A DNA stretch of 64,000 nucleotides, taken from the NCBI GenBank assembly GCA_017561145.1, contig JAFZDO010000041.1:72576-136575 (forward strand). The letters run 5' to 3'. A model generated the notes under the pieces. That model was not told where the DNA came from. It was given only the letters and a program-made list of their open reading frames with translations, and searched no databases. Each line of letters opens with the position of its first letter. Within the stretch, counting starts at the first letter, position 1. Source of the stretch: Clostridia bacterium (lineage in GTDB: Bacteria; Bacillota; Clostridia; Oscillospirales; CAG-382). Position numbers and translations under genes: made by a program. This document shows, piece by piece, positions 44,932 through 52,856 of the stretch.

Positions 44932-46614
44932 TTATTTTTCGACTGCAAATATCATCGGTTCAGGGTTTTGATGGACACCATCGTAATCATTATCGTAATC
45001 TCCATCGTATAAGTATCCGCGCTTCATCGCCTCGCGCACGGTTGCAAAAAGCATAGAACTAATGCAATTCCAATATTGCTTTGCCAACGGAACGCTGTCA
45101 ATATGCGGCGGGATATATGTCCGCTTATCCCTGCAAAATTCGCCAAGCGGCTTAGTAAGCTCATCTTGCATTACGGAAATTGCTCGTGCAGTAATCGCGC
45201 GAAGGTCGAAAAATTCGTTTCTTTCTATCACGGGTATATTCAAAATCGGCCTGCCGTTTTCCTCGCGCAGTATTCGGCATCTTACAAGCTGAGGAATGGC
45301 CTTGAACACCTCTGTATTAAAACCGACGGAATTTGGATCGATGTTTTCGTGGATAATATAAAACAGCTTTAAAAAGATTGCGTCGATCGACATTCCCTCG
45401 CACGAGAAGGTATAATCCGGGCAACGGTTATACGACCACGTGGGGAATCCATCCGCGCCGTACATCGCAACCAAAAACGACTTTGCTCCGTACATATTAC
45501 GGAACTCCTCCCAACGTTCGCCCGAATAAAGATGCGCCATATAGGATATATGCTCCATCGGATCAAACGGCTTGAAATCGACTCTGCCGAATGCGACCCA
45601 CTGTCCGCCGTTTGGGCGTTCAGGAAGAACCTGCTTCTCTCCAACCGCCGCCTCCAACGCACCAAAAAATCCGTAATCAAGGCAACGGAACGCAACGTAA
45701 AGCTCCATTGCTTCTCTTTGATCGGCGTTTTGGCGTTTGTAGTAGTCCTTTTCTCGTATTTCGGCAAGGACTTCTTCAACTCGTTTCCATATCAGGTCAA
45801 AGTTTTCACAAACAAATTTCTTTTGATCATCGATATAGCGTTCGTAATCCTCGACGGTTTCGATAAGAAAGTCGGAATAATACCTATTCCCGACGCGCCT
45901 CATAAGTTCGCCGTCGGATAGCTTTTTAAGTATCGGTTCGATATATGCACTCGCTATACCGATGGCATCGGAAAGTTCTTCGACGGTAAGCGGTTTTTTG
46001 TAGGCGAGCCAAAGAAGATTTTGAGCAATAAGATCATTTCTTATAAGCGAATGGGGTTCAAAGTCTCTGCCGACATTACCGCTGTTGTTAAGAATAAGCT
46101 GTATCGGCGAATAGCTTTGAGCAGAATACTTTTCCATTGATTCAATACCTTTCTTCATCTGTTCTCTGCCCGAATGCAGACGACTTTTCACCGTTCCCTC
46201 GGAAATTCCGAGCGCAAGTGCGATTTCACCGACGCTTTCCCCGTTCATATAATGCCGCACTATCACCTCGCGGTAAATGCTCGCAAGGCGCGAAATTGCC
46301 CTGCGAACCTGCTCACCTTCATCGGTCAAGCATATCTCTTCGATCTCGTCGCGCTCGTCCGCAACATCAAATCCGTCGGAAATATGGGATATTGGACGGT
46401 TATATTGCTTCCTTAACATATCGTAATACTTTCGATTAAGAACCGTTAACAGCCAAGCACGCATATCGGATATTTCGTTTCCGCGCCTAATATACGCTAA
46501 TGCCGAAAGCATCGTTTCCTGCACGATATCCTCCGCGTCATATACGTTGCCGCATTTTTTGATCGCCGCAGTAAGCAAAAAGTCTATTTCGTTTTCTAAT
46601 TTAATTTTCTGCAT
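44932..46614 (-). CDS. ECF-type sigma-70 family factor fused to a ~395-aa C-terminal extension
   Basis: Region 2 (DAEDIVQETMLSALAYI...WLLTVLNRKYYDMLRK) and region 4 (GESVGEIALALGISEGTVKSRLHSGR) lie in the first ~175 aa; the rest is unassigned. Start probably at MQKIKLE after AAAGGA; the ORF-track start 46644 remains possible. Confidence 0.8.
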   Translation of the reverse strand: MQKIKLENEIDFLLTAAIKKCGNVYDAEDIVQETMLSALAYIRRGNEISDMRAWLLTVLNRKYYDMLRKQYNRPISHISDGFDVADERDEIEEICLTDEGEQVRRAISRLASIYREVIVRHYMNGESVGEIALALGISEGTVKSRLHSGREQMKKGIESMEKYSAQSYSPIQLILNNSGNVGRDFEPHSLIRNDLIAQNLLWLAYKKPLTVEELSDAIGIASAYIEPILKKLSDGELMRRVGNRYYSDFLIETVEDYERYIDDQKKFVCENFDLIWKRVEEVLAEIREKDYYKRQNADQREAMELYVAFRCLDYGFFGALEAAVGEKQVLPERPNGGQWVAFGRVDFKPFDPMEHISYMAHLYSGERWEEFRNMYGAKSFLVAMYGADGFPTWSYNRCPDYTFSCEGMSIDAIFLKLFYIIHENIDPNSVGFNTEVFKAIPQLVRCRILREENGRPILNIPVIERNEFFDLRAITARAISVMQDELTKPLGEFCRDKRTYIPPHIDSVPLAKQYWNCISSMLFATVREAMKRGYLYDGDYDNDYDGVHQNPEPMIFAVEK

Positions 46615-46682
46615 CACAGGCATCCTTTTTGTGAAAGCTTTCATCTACAAGGTCGCGCAGACAAACAAAAGGTTCAGTAGTT

Positions 46683-47117
46683 TCAAAACATTTTTTTATA
46701 ATTCTTTTGCATCTTATCACTTGTGAATCCGCATTTTTCATAAAAGCTGTGTGCGATCACTCTGCTTTCTCCCGAAACAAGCCGTATTCCGCAAGCATCG
46801 GTAGATTTTGCCCAATTTTCAACTCTCGCCATCAACGCACTGCCGATACCATTACCGCAATATTCCGAAAAAACTGCCAATGCCAATATGTTTTTCATTG
46901 ATGGTAAAAACAGCAAGTCATAATCGCACGCGTGTATATATCCGACAACCTTTTCGCCGCAAATCGCAACGTATATTCTATCGGTTCCCCGAGACAACGC
47001 CGCACGTAATTTGATGGCAGTTTCTTCAGGAGAATATTCATATCCCATTTCGATCGCATTAAGCTCCGATAATGCTTCGGCATCGGCAATAATCGCTTCG
47101 CGTATAGTAAATTCCAT
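46683..47117 (-). CDS. GNAT family N-acetyltransferase
   Basis: 144 aa. CGNGIGSALMARVENWA matches the acetyl-CoA binding motif A (Q/RxxGxG/A). Confidence 0.85.
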   Translation of the reverse strand: MEFTIREAIIADAEALSELNAIEMGYEYSPEETAIKLRAALSRGTDRIYVAICGEKVVGYIHACDYDLLFLPSMKNILALAVFSEYCGNGIGSALMARVENWAKSTDACGIRLVSGESRVIAHSFYEKCGFTSDKMQKNYKKMF

Positions 47118-47182
47118 TTCAAACTTTCTTCCTTTTTCATATAAGTTTTATAGCTGCCGCGAATATGCGACAGCTATATCTT

Positions 47183-48235
47183 TTACTTATTGTAATATTT
47201 ATCCATAACGTCCAAAACCTTAAGCATTGTTTCGGGCGCGCCTGCGTAATATGCGGTGGGACGGCTTCCGACAAATTCGCCAAAGCCCTTTTCGTAAGCG
47301 TAATAGCGCGGAGGATATGCCTCGTTTGTGAAGAATTGGTGGTCGATCTCCATTTCAAAGCCGATTTCGGTGTTCGAGGTCTTGACTCCTCCGATAATAT
47401 CGCCGTTGATGTCAACGACCGCCTGCTTTCTCACGCAATCCGAAACGATTCTTATTTCGTCAACACGCGCGGGGTTGAAGAAGAACGAGGGTTGGATTAT
47501 CGCTGTGTCGAAAATATCGGTGAGGTTTACGATGTGGCCCATATTCTTCGAGGAGGAAGCCGCCTCGTGATAATAGGGTATCCAAAGCATATTCTTACCG
47601 AACGAGCGAACACGGTCGGAAACGGTACGCATAGCGTAAACTATCGGGTTGTTAAAGTTTTCATCGGGCTTATCGTTATCAAAGCGTGTATATCCTGCGG
47701 TAACAACGTCCTCGCCCGAGAAGTAGATGCCCTGAACGTTGTTGTTCCAAATATCCTCGCGCACGGTGTTCTTTATAAGGTCAACCGTATCTGCCCAAGG
47801 CGAAGCGAAAAGATGCGTAAGCGCGTGCCAGCACTCGCACATAGGAACCGAAAACCAAATTTTCACGTCCTTTTTGATAGCAACCAATCTTTCGGCATAG
47901 GCATTGGCATCATCAACGTAATCCTTAACGTGGTAATTGCCCTTAAGGATCTTGTCGGCAGTCGCGTGGTATTCCTTTTTAATGGTTTCCAAACGATTGG
48001 GGTCGCCGACCATATCGGGAGTCATCGAATCGATAATTTCACGGGTGACAACCTCGATCTCGTTACCGTTGCGGTCGGTAAAGCGGTTAAAAACGATAAT
48101 GGGAATAAGGAGTATTTCGTCGGTAACCGCAAGGAGGCGAGAAAGCTCCTCGTCGGTGGGATTGTAATATTTGGTGTTGCTGTAGCTGTTGTAGCTCGTG
48201 TAAAGCAAAACGCCTTTTTTCATCAAAGTGCTCAT
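47183..48235 (-). CDS. Hypothetical protein, possibly DUF4855-like (glycoside-hydrolase-like fold)
   Basis: 350 aa, AAGGAG upstream, protein-like composition (WIPYYHEA, GIYFSGED). Family name is from memory only. The 377-aa plus-strand ORF over it is a codon-aligned shadow. Confidence 0.6.
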   Translation of the reverse strand: MSTLMKKGVLLYTSYNSYSNTKYYNPTDEELSRLLAVTDEILLIPIIVFNRFTDRNGNEIEVVTREIIDSMTPDMVGDPNRLETIKKEYHATADKILKGNYHVKDYVDDANAYAERLVAIKKDVKIWFSVPMCECWHALTHLFASPWADTVDLIKNTVREDIWNNNVQGIYFSGEDVVTAGYTRFDNDKPDENFNNPIVYAMRTVSDRVRSFGKNMLWIPYYHEAASSSKNMGHIVNLTDIFDTAIIQPSFFFNPARVDEIRIVSDCVRKQAVVDINGDIIGGVKTSNTEIGFEMEIDHQFFTNEAYPPRYYAYEKGFGEFVGSRPTAYYAGAPETMLKVLDVMDKYYNK

Positions 48236-48272
48236 TTTTTAAGGTGCTCCTTATCGATTTTGAAAAATGGGG

Positions 48273-48301
48273 TTGACAAATTTGGTTGGTTGTTGTAGAC
48301 T
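48273..48301 (+). promoter_or_regulatory. Candidate distal promoter P1 (plus strand) in the divergent intergenic region
   Basis: TTGACA (48273-48278), 17-nt spacer, TAGACT (48296-48301). Confidence 0.45.
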
Positions 48302-48366
48302 AACGTTGTGGTTGCTAATTGCAAACCAATATCGACACTGCCGATTTTTACCTAAATTCTACTTTA

Positions 48367-48394
48367 ATTATACCAAACGACTGTTTTTTGTCAA
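48367..48394 (-). promoter_or_regulatory. Promoter of the DUF4855-like gene, giving a ~125-nt leader
   Basis: Minus strand: TTGACA (48394-48389), 16-nt spacer, TATAAT (48372-48367). Confidence 0.65.
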
Positions 48395-48457
48395 TACAAA
48401 TTCCCCATAAAGAAATTTTAAAAAACATCAAACCTTTTCGAGCTTTTCCCGACTATA

Positions 48458-48486
48458 TTTACAAATCCATTACATTTTCATATTAT
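48458..48486 (+). promoter_or_regulatory. Proximal promoter P2 of the lipoprotein gene
   Basis: TTTACA (48458-48463), 17-nt spacer, TATTAT (48481-48486). Confidence 0.6.
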
Positions 48487-48522
48487 AATATGAAAAATCT
48501 TTACGCAAGGAGCGATATTTTT

Positions 48523-50466
48523 ATGAAACGTTGTTTTTGTTTGCTTTTTTCTGCGCTGATACTTATTTCTTCGTTTGTTGCCTGCGGAGAAGAGCCTGAA
48601 GGCACTTCGTCTACGGAAGAACAAAGCCGATCCGAAACGAGCACAGACGCATCAAGCCAAGCAGAGCAAAGCGAAGCAACCGTAAGCTCTGCCGACGTTT
48701 CCGAAAATTCTTCGGAGTCCGAAAACAACGAGTCCTCTTTGGAAGAATCAAGCGAGCCCGAGGAATCAAGCGAGCCCGAGGAATCGAGCGAGCCCGAGGA
48801 ATCGAGCGAGCCCGAAACGAGCGAGCCGGAGGACGATACAAGCGAGGTCGCATTCCGTATTTCGAGCATCGATGACGTTACCGACGAAACGGCGACGCGT
48901 GTATATTCCGTATATGCGCCCTATACCGACACGTATACCTTAAAGGGCAAGAACGTTAAAAGCATCGTTCTTGAGCAAAACGGCAACAGAATAAAAAAAG
49001 GCAGTGACGAGATATCGGTTTCGCTTAAAGCAAACGAGATCTACACGCTTACCGTCACCACAAAAGAACAAAACAGCGATTTTAAAATAACCACCACGGC
49101 AGAAAATCACGTCGTAACCCTTCCCTATGACGTTGCATCTCCTGCAGACACCTCGGGATTCGACGTCAACGGAAATTCCCCTCTCGTTCCCTCAAAGGTT
49201 GATTACATCAAGCGCGAGGGCGGAACCTACGTTTATTCAAACAACCCCGAGCAATTCGGTTCACAGCACGTCGGCAAGGCATTTATGCGTAACGAGGGAC
49301 TTACGGGCGAGGTATACGTTACCTTTGAGCACGCAAACTATTCGGGAAGCGACGCTTACCTTGGTTATCAGCTCAAAAACGATACCGACCACGACGTTTA
49401 TATTACAATAACCAACGTGGGCTATCAATGGATCGGAACTTGGTTCGGTCAGCTTGCTTGGTATAAGTTTTATAACACCTCGTTTGAACTCCCCGACGAT
49501 TATTTTAACGCAAACGGAAGCATTTCTTCAAAATACTCGGGGCTCGATTATGCATACGTAAAGCACACTCCGAGAATTTATCAGCCCACAACCTACCGCT
49601 TGCCTGCAGGCGAAAAGTTTTGGGTAATCGGCGGCACTACCGCAGATGCATATCGCAATATCAACGTAGACGACTCGGCAAACCGACCGGTAAACCCGAT
49701 AAGATGTGCCAACGGCAACGTAAAATTCACCGTAACCGGCGGTGAGGTCACGGGAACAATGTATTGCTATTCCAATCCCTCGCAAATAAAGGATGAACAC
49801 ACGCCTATCGGTTACGTTGCGGCAGGCTATTCACAGCAGTATTCCGGCATTGCCTACCACCACGGCGTTATCGATAATTATATGGAATGGACCTTTGGTG
49901 ACGGCGATAAATCGGGTTATCTCCCCGTTACCTACACAAGCAAATATGCCGATTCGGTACCCTCCTATGCAAAGCCCTATTCGGCATACAACAGCACCGA
50001 CCACACAGTAGCCAAATCGAACACCTGGATGACTCACCTTAATCCCCAAAACGACCACAGAGCGGTCGGAATGGATATGGTCGAATTTATATGGCACGAC
50101 CAAAACGGCAAAGAGATCGTTATCGATAACCACCACGCCGACGGCGGCGGAGCGCCCGCAAACACCGCCAACTGGATGATCGAATACCAAGACCATTTCA
50201 CATTCGTCAACCAAGGCGATAAGGAGCGCACCGTCACCCTGCATCTTCGCGACCACGGCACGCTTGCTCTTTTGGTACGCGACAGTAAAACCGGCGAGGT
50301 TTTGGAAGCATCCTACACCGCAGGACTCGGTGAAAACGGAAACGTATTTTCGAACTACACCTACACCCTAACCATACCTCCGCACAGCATCGAGCAAATT
50401 ACGCTCGATTATCTGCTCGTCGCCTGTTCCTACGGCAGCGTTATGCACGCAGTACAGCTTAAATAA
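48523..50466 (+). CDS. Large lipoprotein of unknown function with an acidic repeat stalk
   Basis: AGGAG RBS, signal plus lipobox (LISSFVAC), S/E-rich stalk, then a ~520-aa Tyr/Asn/Thr-rich region of beta-rich appearance. The ORF-track TTG start at 48319 is rejected. Confidence 0.7.
   Translation: MKRCFCLLFSALILISSFVACGEEPEGTSSTEEQSRSETSTDASSQAEQSEATVSSADVSENSSESENNESSLEESSEPEESSEPEESSEPEESSEPETSEPEDDTSEVAFRISSIDDVTDETATRVYSVYAPYTDTYTLKGKNVKSIVLEQNGNRIKKGSDEISVSLKANEIYTLTVTTKEQNSDFKITTTAENHVVTLPYDVASPADTSGFDVNGNSPLVPSKVDYIKREGGTYVYSNNPEQFGSQHVGKAFMRNEGLTGEVYVTFEHANYSGSDAYLGYQLKNDTDHDVYITITNVGYQWIGTWFGQLAWYKFYNTSFELPDDYFNANGSISSKYSGLDYAYVKHTPRIYQPTTYRLPAGEKFWVIGGTTADAYRNINVDDSANRPVNPIRCANGNVKFTVTGGEVTGTMYCYSNPSQIKDEHTPIGYVAAGYSQQYSGIAYHHGVIDNYMEWTFGDGDKSGYLPVTYTSKYADSVPSYAKPYSAYNSTDHTVAKSNTWMTHLNPQNDHRAVGMDMVEFIWHDQNGKEIVIDNHHADGGGAPANTANWMIEYQDHFTFVNQGDKERTVTLHLRDHGTLALLVRDSKTGEVLEASYTAGLGENGNVFSNYTYTLTIPPHSIEQITLDYLLVACSYGSVMHAVQLK
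48745..48831 (+). repeat. 18-bp in-frame tandem repeat (4 full copies plus a partial) encoding (ESSEPE)n
   Basis: gaatcaagcgagcccgag at 48745 and 48763; gaatcgagcgagcccgag at 48781; gaatcgagcgagcccgaa at 48799. Confidence 0.9.
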
Positions 50467-50470
50467 AATT

Positions 50471-50511
50471 TCACCGCCGAGAGATATTTCATCCTTCGGC
50501 GGTGATTTTTC
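50471..50511. terminator. Terminator between convergent genes
   Basis: tcaccgccga-15 nt-tcggcggtga 10-bp stem then T5. Confidence 0.75.
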
Positions 50512-50512
50512 G

Positions 50513-51574
50513 TTAATATACAGCAATTTCCTCGAGTTTTTCTTTGATTGCTTTCATTCGAGCGTCGTTTGTGAATTCCGAATAAAATTCGCTGTTGAGC
50601 TCCCTTAAAAACAATGCGGATTGGTTCTCTTCATGGTTCTTTGTTGTGCTCGCAACGCGAATCTCAATACGGTTTACCATAAACGAGGTGTGCTTTCCAT
50701 CTTTTCTCAAATCGAATTTTATGCTATGCTCTGCGGCATTTTCAAGAGCGTCAAGCATTTTATCGATTTGATTAAGTGACTTGTAGCTTTTCGCAAGCGC
50801 CCGGTACACATGTTCGACTTCCCAATGATAAAATTCAAGATCGCCGTCTTCATATAAAAGTTCGAAGCTGTTAAGTATGAATTGATAGGCTTTTATTGCC
50901 CCTTCGGTTGACAAGTGATTTGCCATTCTTGTTCCGTTGCGCCATATCATTTCAAAAAGCTGCTGAATGTTATGCTGACAGTATTCAACCGCTTCTTCAC
51001 CGCTAAGCAAAGTCGGCATTAGCTCGTTAACTGTTACCGAATAACCATATGACATATTCGCGTATTCCTTCGCCTTGTCGATATCGCCCTTTGCTCTATA
51101 TGCAAAAGCAAGACATTGAATTGCACCGCTTCGACGGTTGTTATCGGTCGATTCATTAAGCAGGCGCTCGCCCAGCGAAATGATCTCATCCGCGTATGCT
51201 TTTTTATTTTCCGACAGCAAAGCATACATCAAAAAATACCACACACGGTGATCGTTCGGAAATTCCTTTTGCGCCTCGCGCCAAAGCTCGACCATCTCTT
51301 TGGTTTTTCCCTCGTGCGCAAGAATATCTTCTTTGTCAAGATATTCATCGATTTTCCTTTCCTTTTCGATCTCGTCTACACCCAAAAGCGTATCAATGCT
51401 TATATTAAAAAACGAAGCGATTGACGGTAAAAGCGAAATATCGGGCAACCCTTCAGCCCTTTCCCATTTTGAAACAGCCTGAACGGTAATGCCCAAATGA
51501 TTTGCAAGCTCCTCCTGCGTAACGTTCTTTTCCTTGCGTAAAGCTTTTAGTTGTTTATCTAACGTTATGTCCAT
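50513..51574 (-). CDS. XRE-family HTH transcriptional regulator with TPR-like C-terminal domain (paralogue of 41122-41937)
   Basis: LKALRKEKNVTQEELANHLGITVQAVSKWERAEGLPD HTH; shares AFAYRAKGDIDKAKEY with the paralogue's AYAYKAKGDMKSAKMA. Confidence 0.8.
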   Translation of the reverse strand: MDITLDKQLKALRKEKNVTQEELANHLGITVQAVSKWERAEGLPDISLLPSIASFFNISIDTLLGVDEIEKERKIDEYLDKEDILAHEGKTKEMVELWREAQKEFPNDHRVWYFLMYALLSENKKAYADEIISLGERLLNESTDNNRRSGAIQCLAFAYRAKGDIDKAKEYANMSYGYSVTVNELMPTLLSGEEAVEYCQHNIQQLFEMIWRNGTRMANHLSTEGAIKAYQFILNSFELLYEDGDLEFYHWEVEHVYRALAKSYKSLNQIDKMLDALENAAEHSIKFDLRKDGKHTSFMVNRIEIRVASTTKNHEENQSALFLRELNSEFYSEFTNDARMKAIKEKLEEIAVY

Positions 51575-51693
51575 AAAATACTCCTGTCAAACTATATTTA
51601 GCAAGGCCTTGTTCCGATAACAGTATAACAAGAATAACAAACAAAAACAATGACCGCGTCGTTTATTTTTAGTTGATTTTTTAAACTGTTGGT

Positions 51694-52029
51694 TTACTCC
51701 TGATCGTAAGACTTTCTGCACATCGTCCTTTCCTTACAGCAGGGGCATTTCGTTATAAATTCAAAGCTGTCGCGCGAATGAGAAGCAAAACGGAAGAGAA
51801 CGCGCTTTTTCATGTAAAATCTGTTTTGACATTTGGTGCAGTAAGCCCAAAAGTTTTTCGGCATATCGCTTATTATCAGCACAGCGCCAAATATTAAAAA
51901 CGGAAGGGCAAAAAGGATGAACGCCAACCACCAAGGAACGTCATAACGCGCTTCGCCGAAATGCACCTCACACCCCGAAAGCGCAGATAATGACAAAATA
52001 CAATTAATGATAAGAAGAACCTTTTTCAT
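51694..52029 (-). CDS. Small membrane protein with a C-terminal CxxC...CxxC zinc-ribbon-like motif
   Basis: 111 aa. Signal/lipobox-like LSGC, one further TM, then CTKCQN...CPCCKE. Its ATG is 1 nt after the MerR stop. Confidence 0.55.
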   Translation of the reverse strand: MKKVLLIINCILSLSALSGCEVHFGEARYDVPWWLAFILFALPFLIFGAVLIISDMPKNFWAYCTKCQNRFYMKKRVLFRFASHSRDSFEFITKCPCCKERTMCRKSYDQE

Positions 52030-52030
52030 A

Positions 52031-52729
52031 TCACACCTCGTAATAACTCAGCCAAAAACCGTGAATTTTCCCCTGTGCCTTTTCGCGGCAAAGCACGAAT
52101 TTAATAAGCAACCCCAATTTTTCGTACCTAAGATAACAGTAAAACACGTTTTTTAGCTCACTGTCGGCAACGGTTTTTTCAATTGCTGCGAAATTCCCCA
52201 AAGAAGCAAGCACGTCGGAAATAATGCGCTTCAATGCAGATAAAGGAGTATAGTCTCTAAGCATTTCGGAAAACATCGAAAACAGCTTTTCATAATCGCC
52301 TTTTATAAATTCATCAACGGCGGCATCTACGATCTCGTGATATGGACTAAGATTATTCTCGCTGTCGGTTTTCTCGACAAAAATATCGCCTCCGTCAGTT
52401 AATACGTGTAACGCTTCGTCAAGCAATCTTATTTCTTTTGACTTCGCGACCATTCGCGCTATTATCTCGGCTTTCCGCTCGACAATTGCATTTTTCAGGT
52501 CGCTGTCGCCCTTTTGTATCGCTTGTATTTTGGCAACAGACAAGCCGAGCGAACGTAAAACCAATATCTTTTTTATAAGCTCAAGCTGACTGTCTGAATA
52601 TTTACGTCGGTTTGAAAATTCCTTTGTGCTTTCAACAAGCCCCTTTTCCTCATAAAAACGCAAGCTTCGCGAAGATATGCCCAGCATCGAGCATACCTCG
52701 GATATGTCGTAAAGGCTTTTGTCTTTCAT
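52031..52729 (-). CDS. MerR family transcriptional regulator with an unassigned ~130-aa effector domain
   Basis: YDISEVCSMLGISSRSLRFYEEKGLV HTH_MerR motif and a coiled-coil linker. A 19-bp-spacer promoter lies upstream. Confidence 0.85.
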   Translation of the reverse strand: MKDKSLYDISEVCSMLGISSRSLRFYEEKGLVESTKEFSNRRKYSDSQLELIKKILVLRSLGLSVAKIQAIQKGDSDLKNAIVERKAEIIARMVAKSKEIRLLDEALHVLTDGGDIFVEKTDSENNLSPYHEIVDAAVDEFIKGDYEKLFSMFSEMLRDYTPLSALKRIISDVLASLGNFAAIEKTVADSELKNVFYCYLRYEKLGLLIKFVLCREKAQGKIHGFWLSYYEV

Positions 52730-52748
52730 ACACTCACCACCCGATTAT

Positions 52749-52779
52749 ATTATAGCACTTGACGCAAGGTCAATGTCAA
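52749..52779 (-). promoter_or_regulatory. MerR-type promoter with 19-bp spacer and internal operator dyad
   Basis: Minus strand: TTGACA (52779-52774), 19-nt spacer TTGACCTTGCGTCAAGTGC containing the TTGAC-CTTGC-GTCAA dyad (52773-52759), TATAAT (52754-52749). Confidence 0.75.
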
Positions 52780-52798
52780 GATTTTTTTGTTTTTTCTC

Positions 52799-52827
52799 TT
52801 GCGAAAAGCAATATCATTATATATAAT
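52799..52827 (+). promoter_or_regulatory. Promoter of the sialate-O-acetylesterase-like gene
   Basis: TTGCGA (52799-52804), 17-nt spacer, TATAAT (52822-52827). Confidence 0.65.
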
Positions 52828-52856
52828 AAGAAAAGAAAGCGTATGGGAGAAAAATT

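Noticed and set aside
47142-47172. 11-bp stem-loop (atagctgtcgc-atattc-gcggcagctat on the minus strand) between the DUF4855-like gene and the GNAT gene, considered as a terminator.
   Set aside because: No U-tract follows it on the transcribed strand, so I cannot say whether it terminates, attenuates or merely stabilises the transcript. It is left uncalled.
48319-48522. N-terminally extended ORF-track models beginning at TTG/GTG or upstream ATG codons: 48319, 38587, 56220, 57154, 23008, 21162, 3688, 38531, 9044, 11387, 17575 and 41102.
   Set aside because: In each case an internal ATG is preceded at 5-11 nt by a GGAGG-type ribosome-binding site. The extension either overlaps a predicted promoter or -10 element, overlaps the upstream gene, or precedes a signal peptide that would otherwise be buried.
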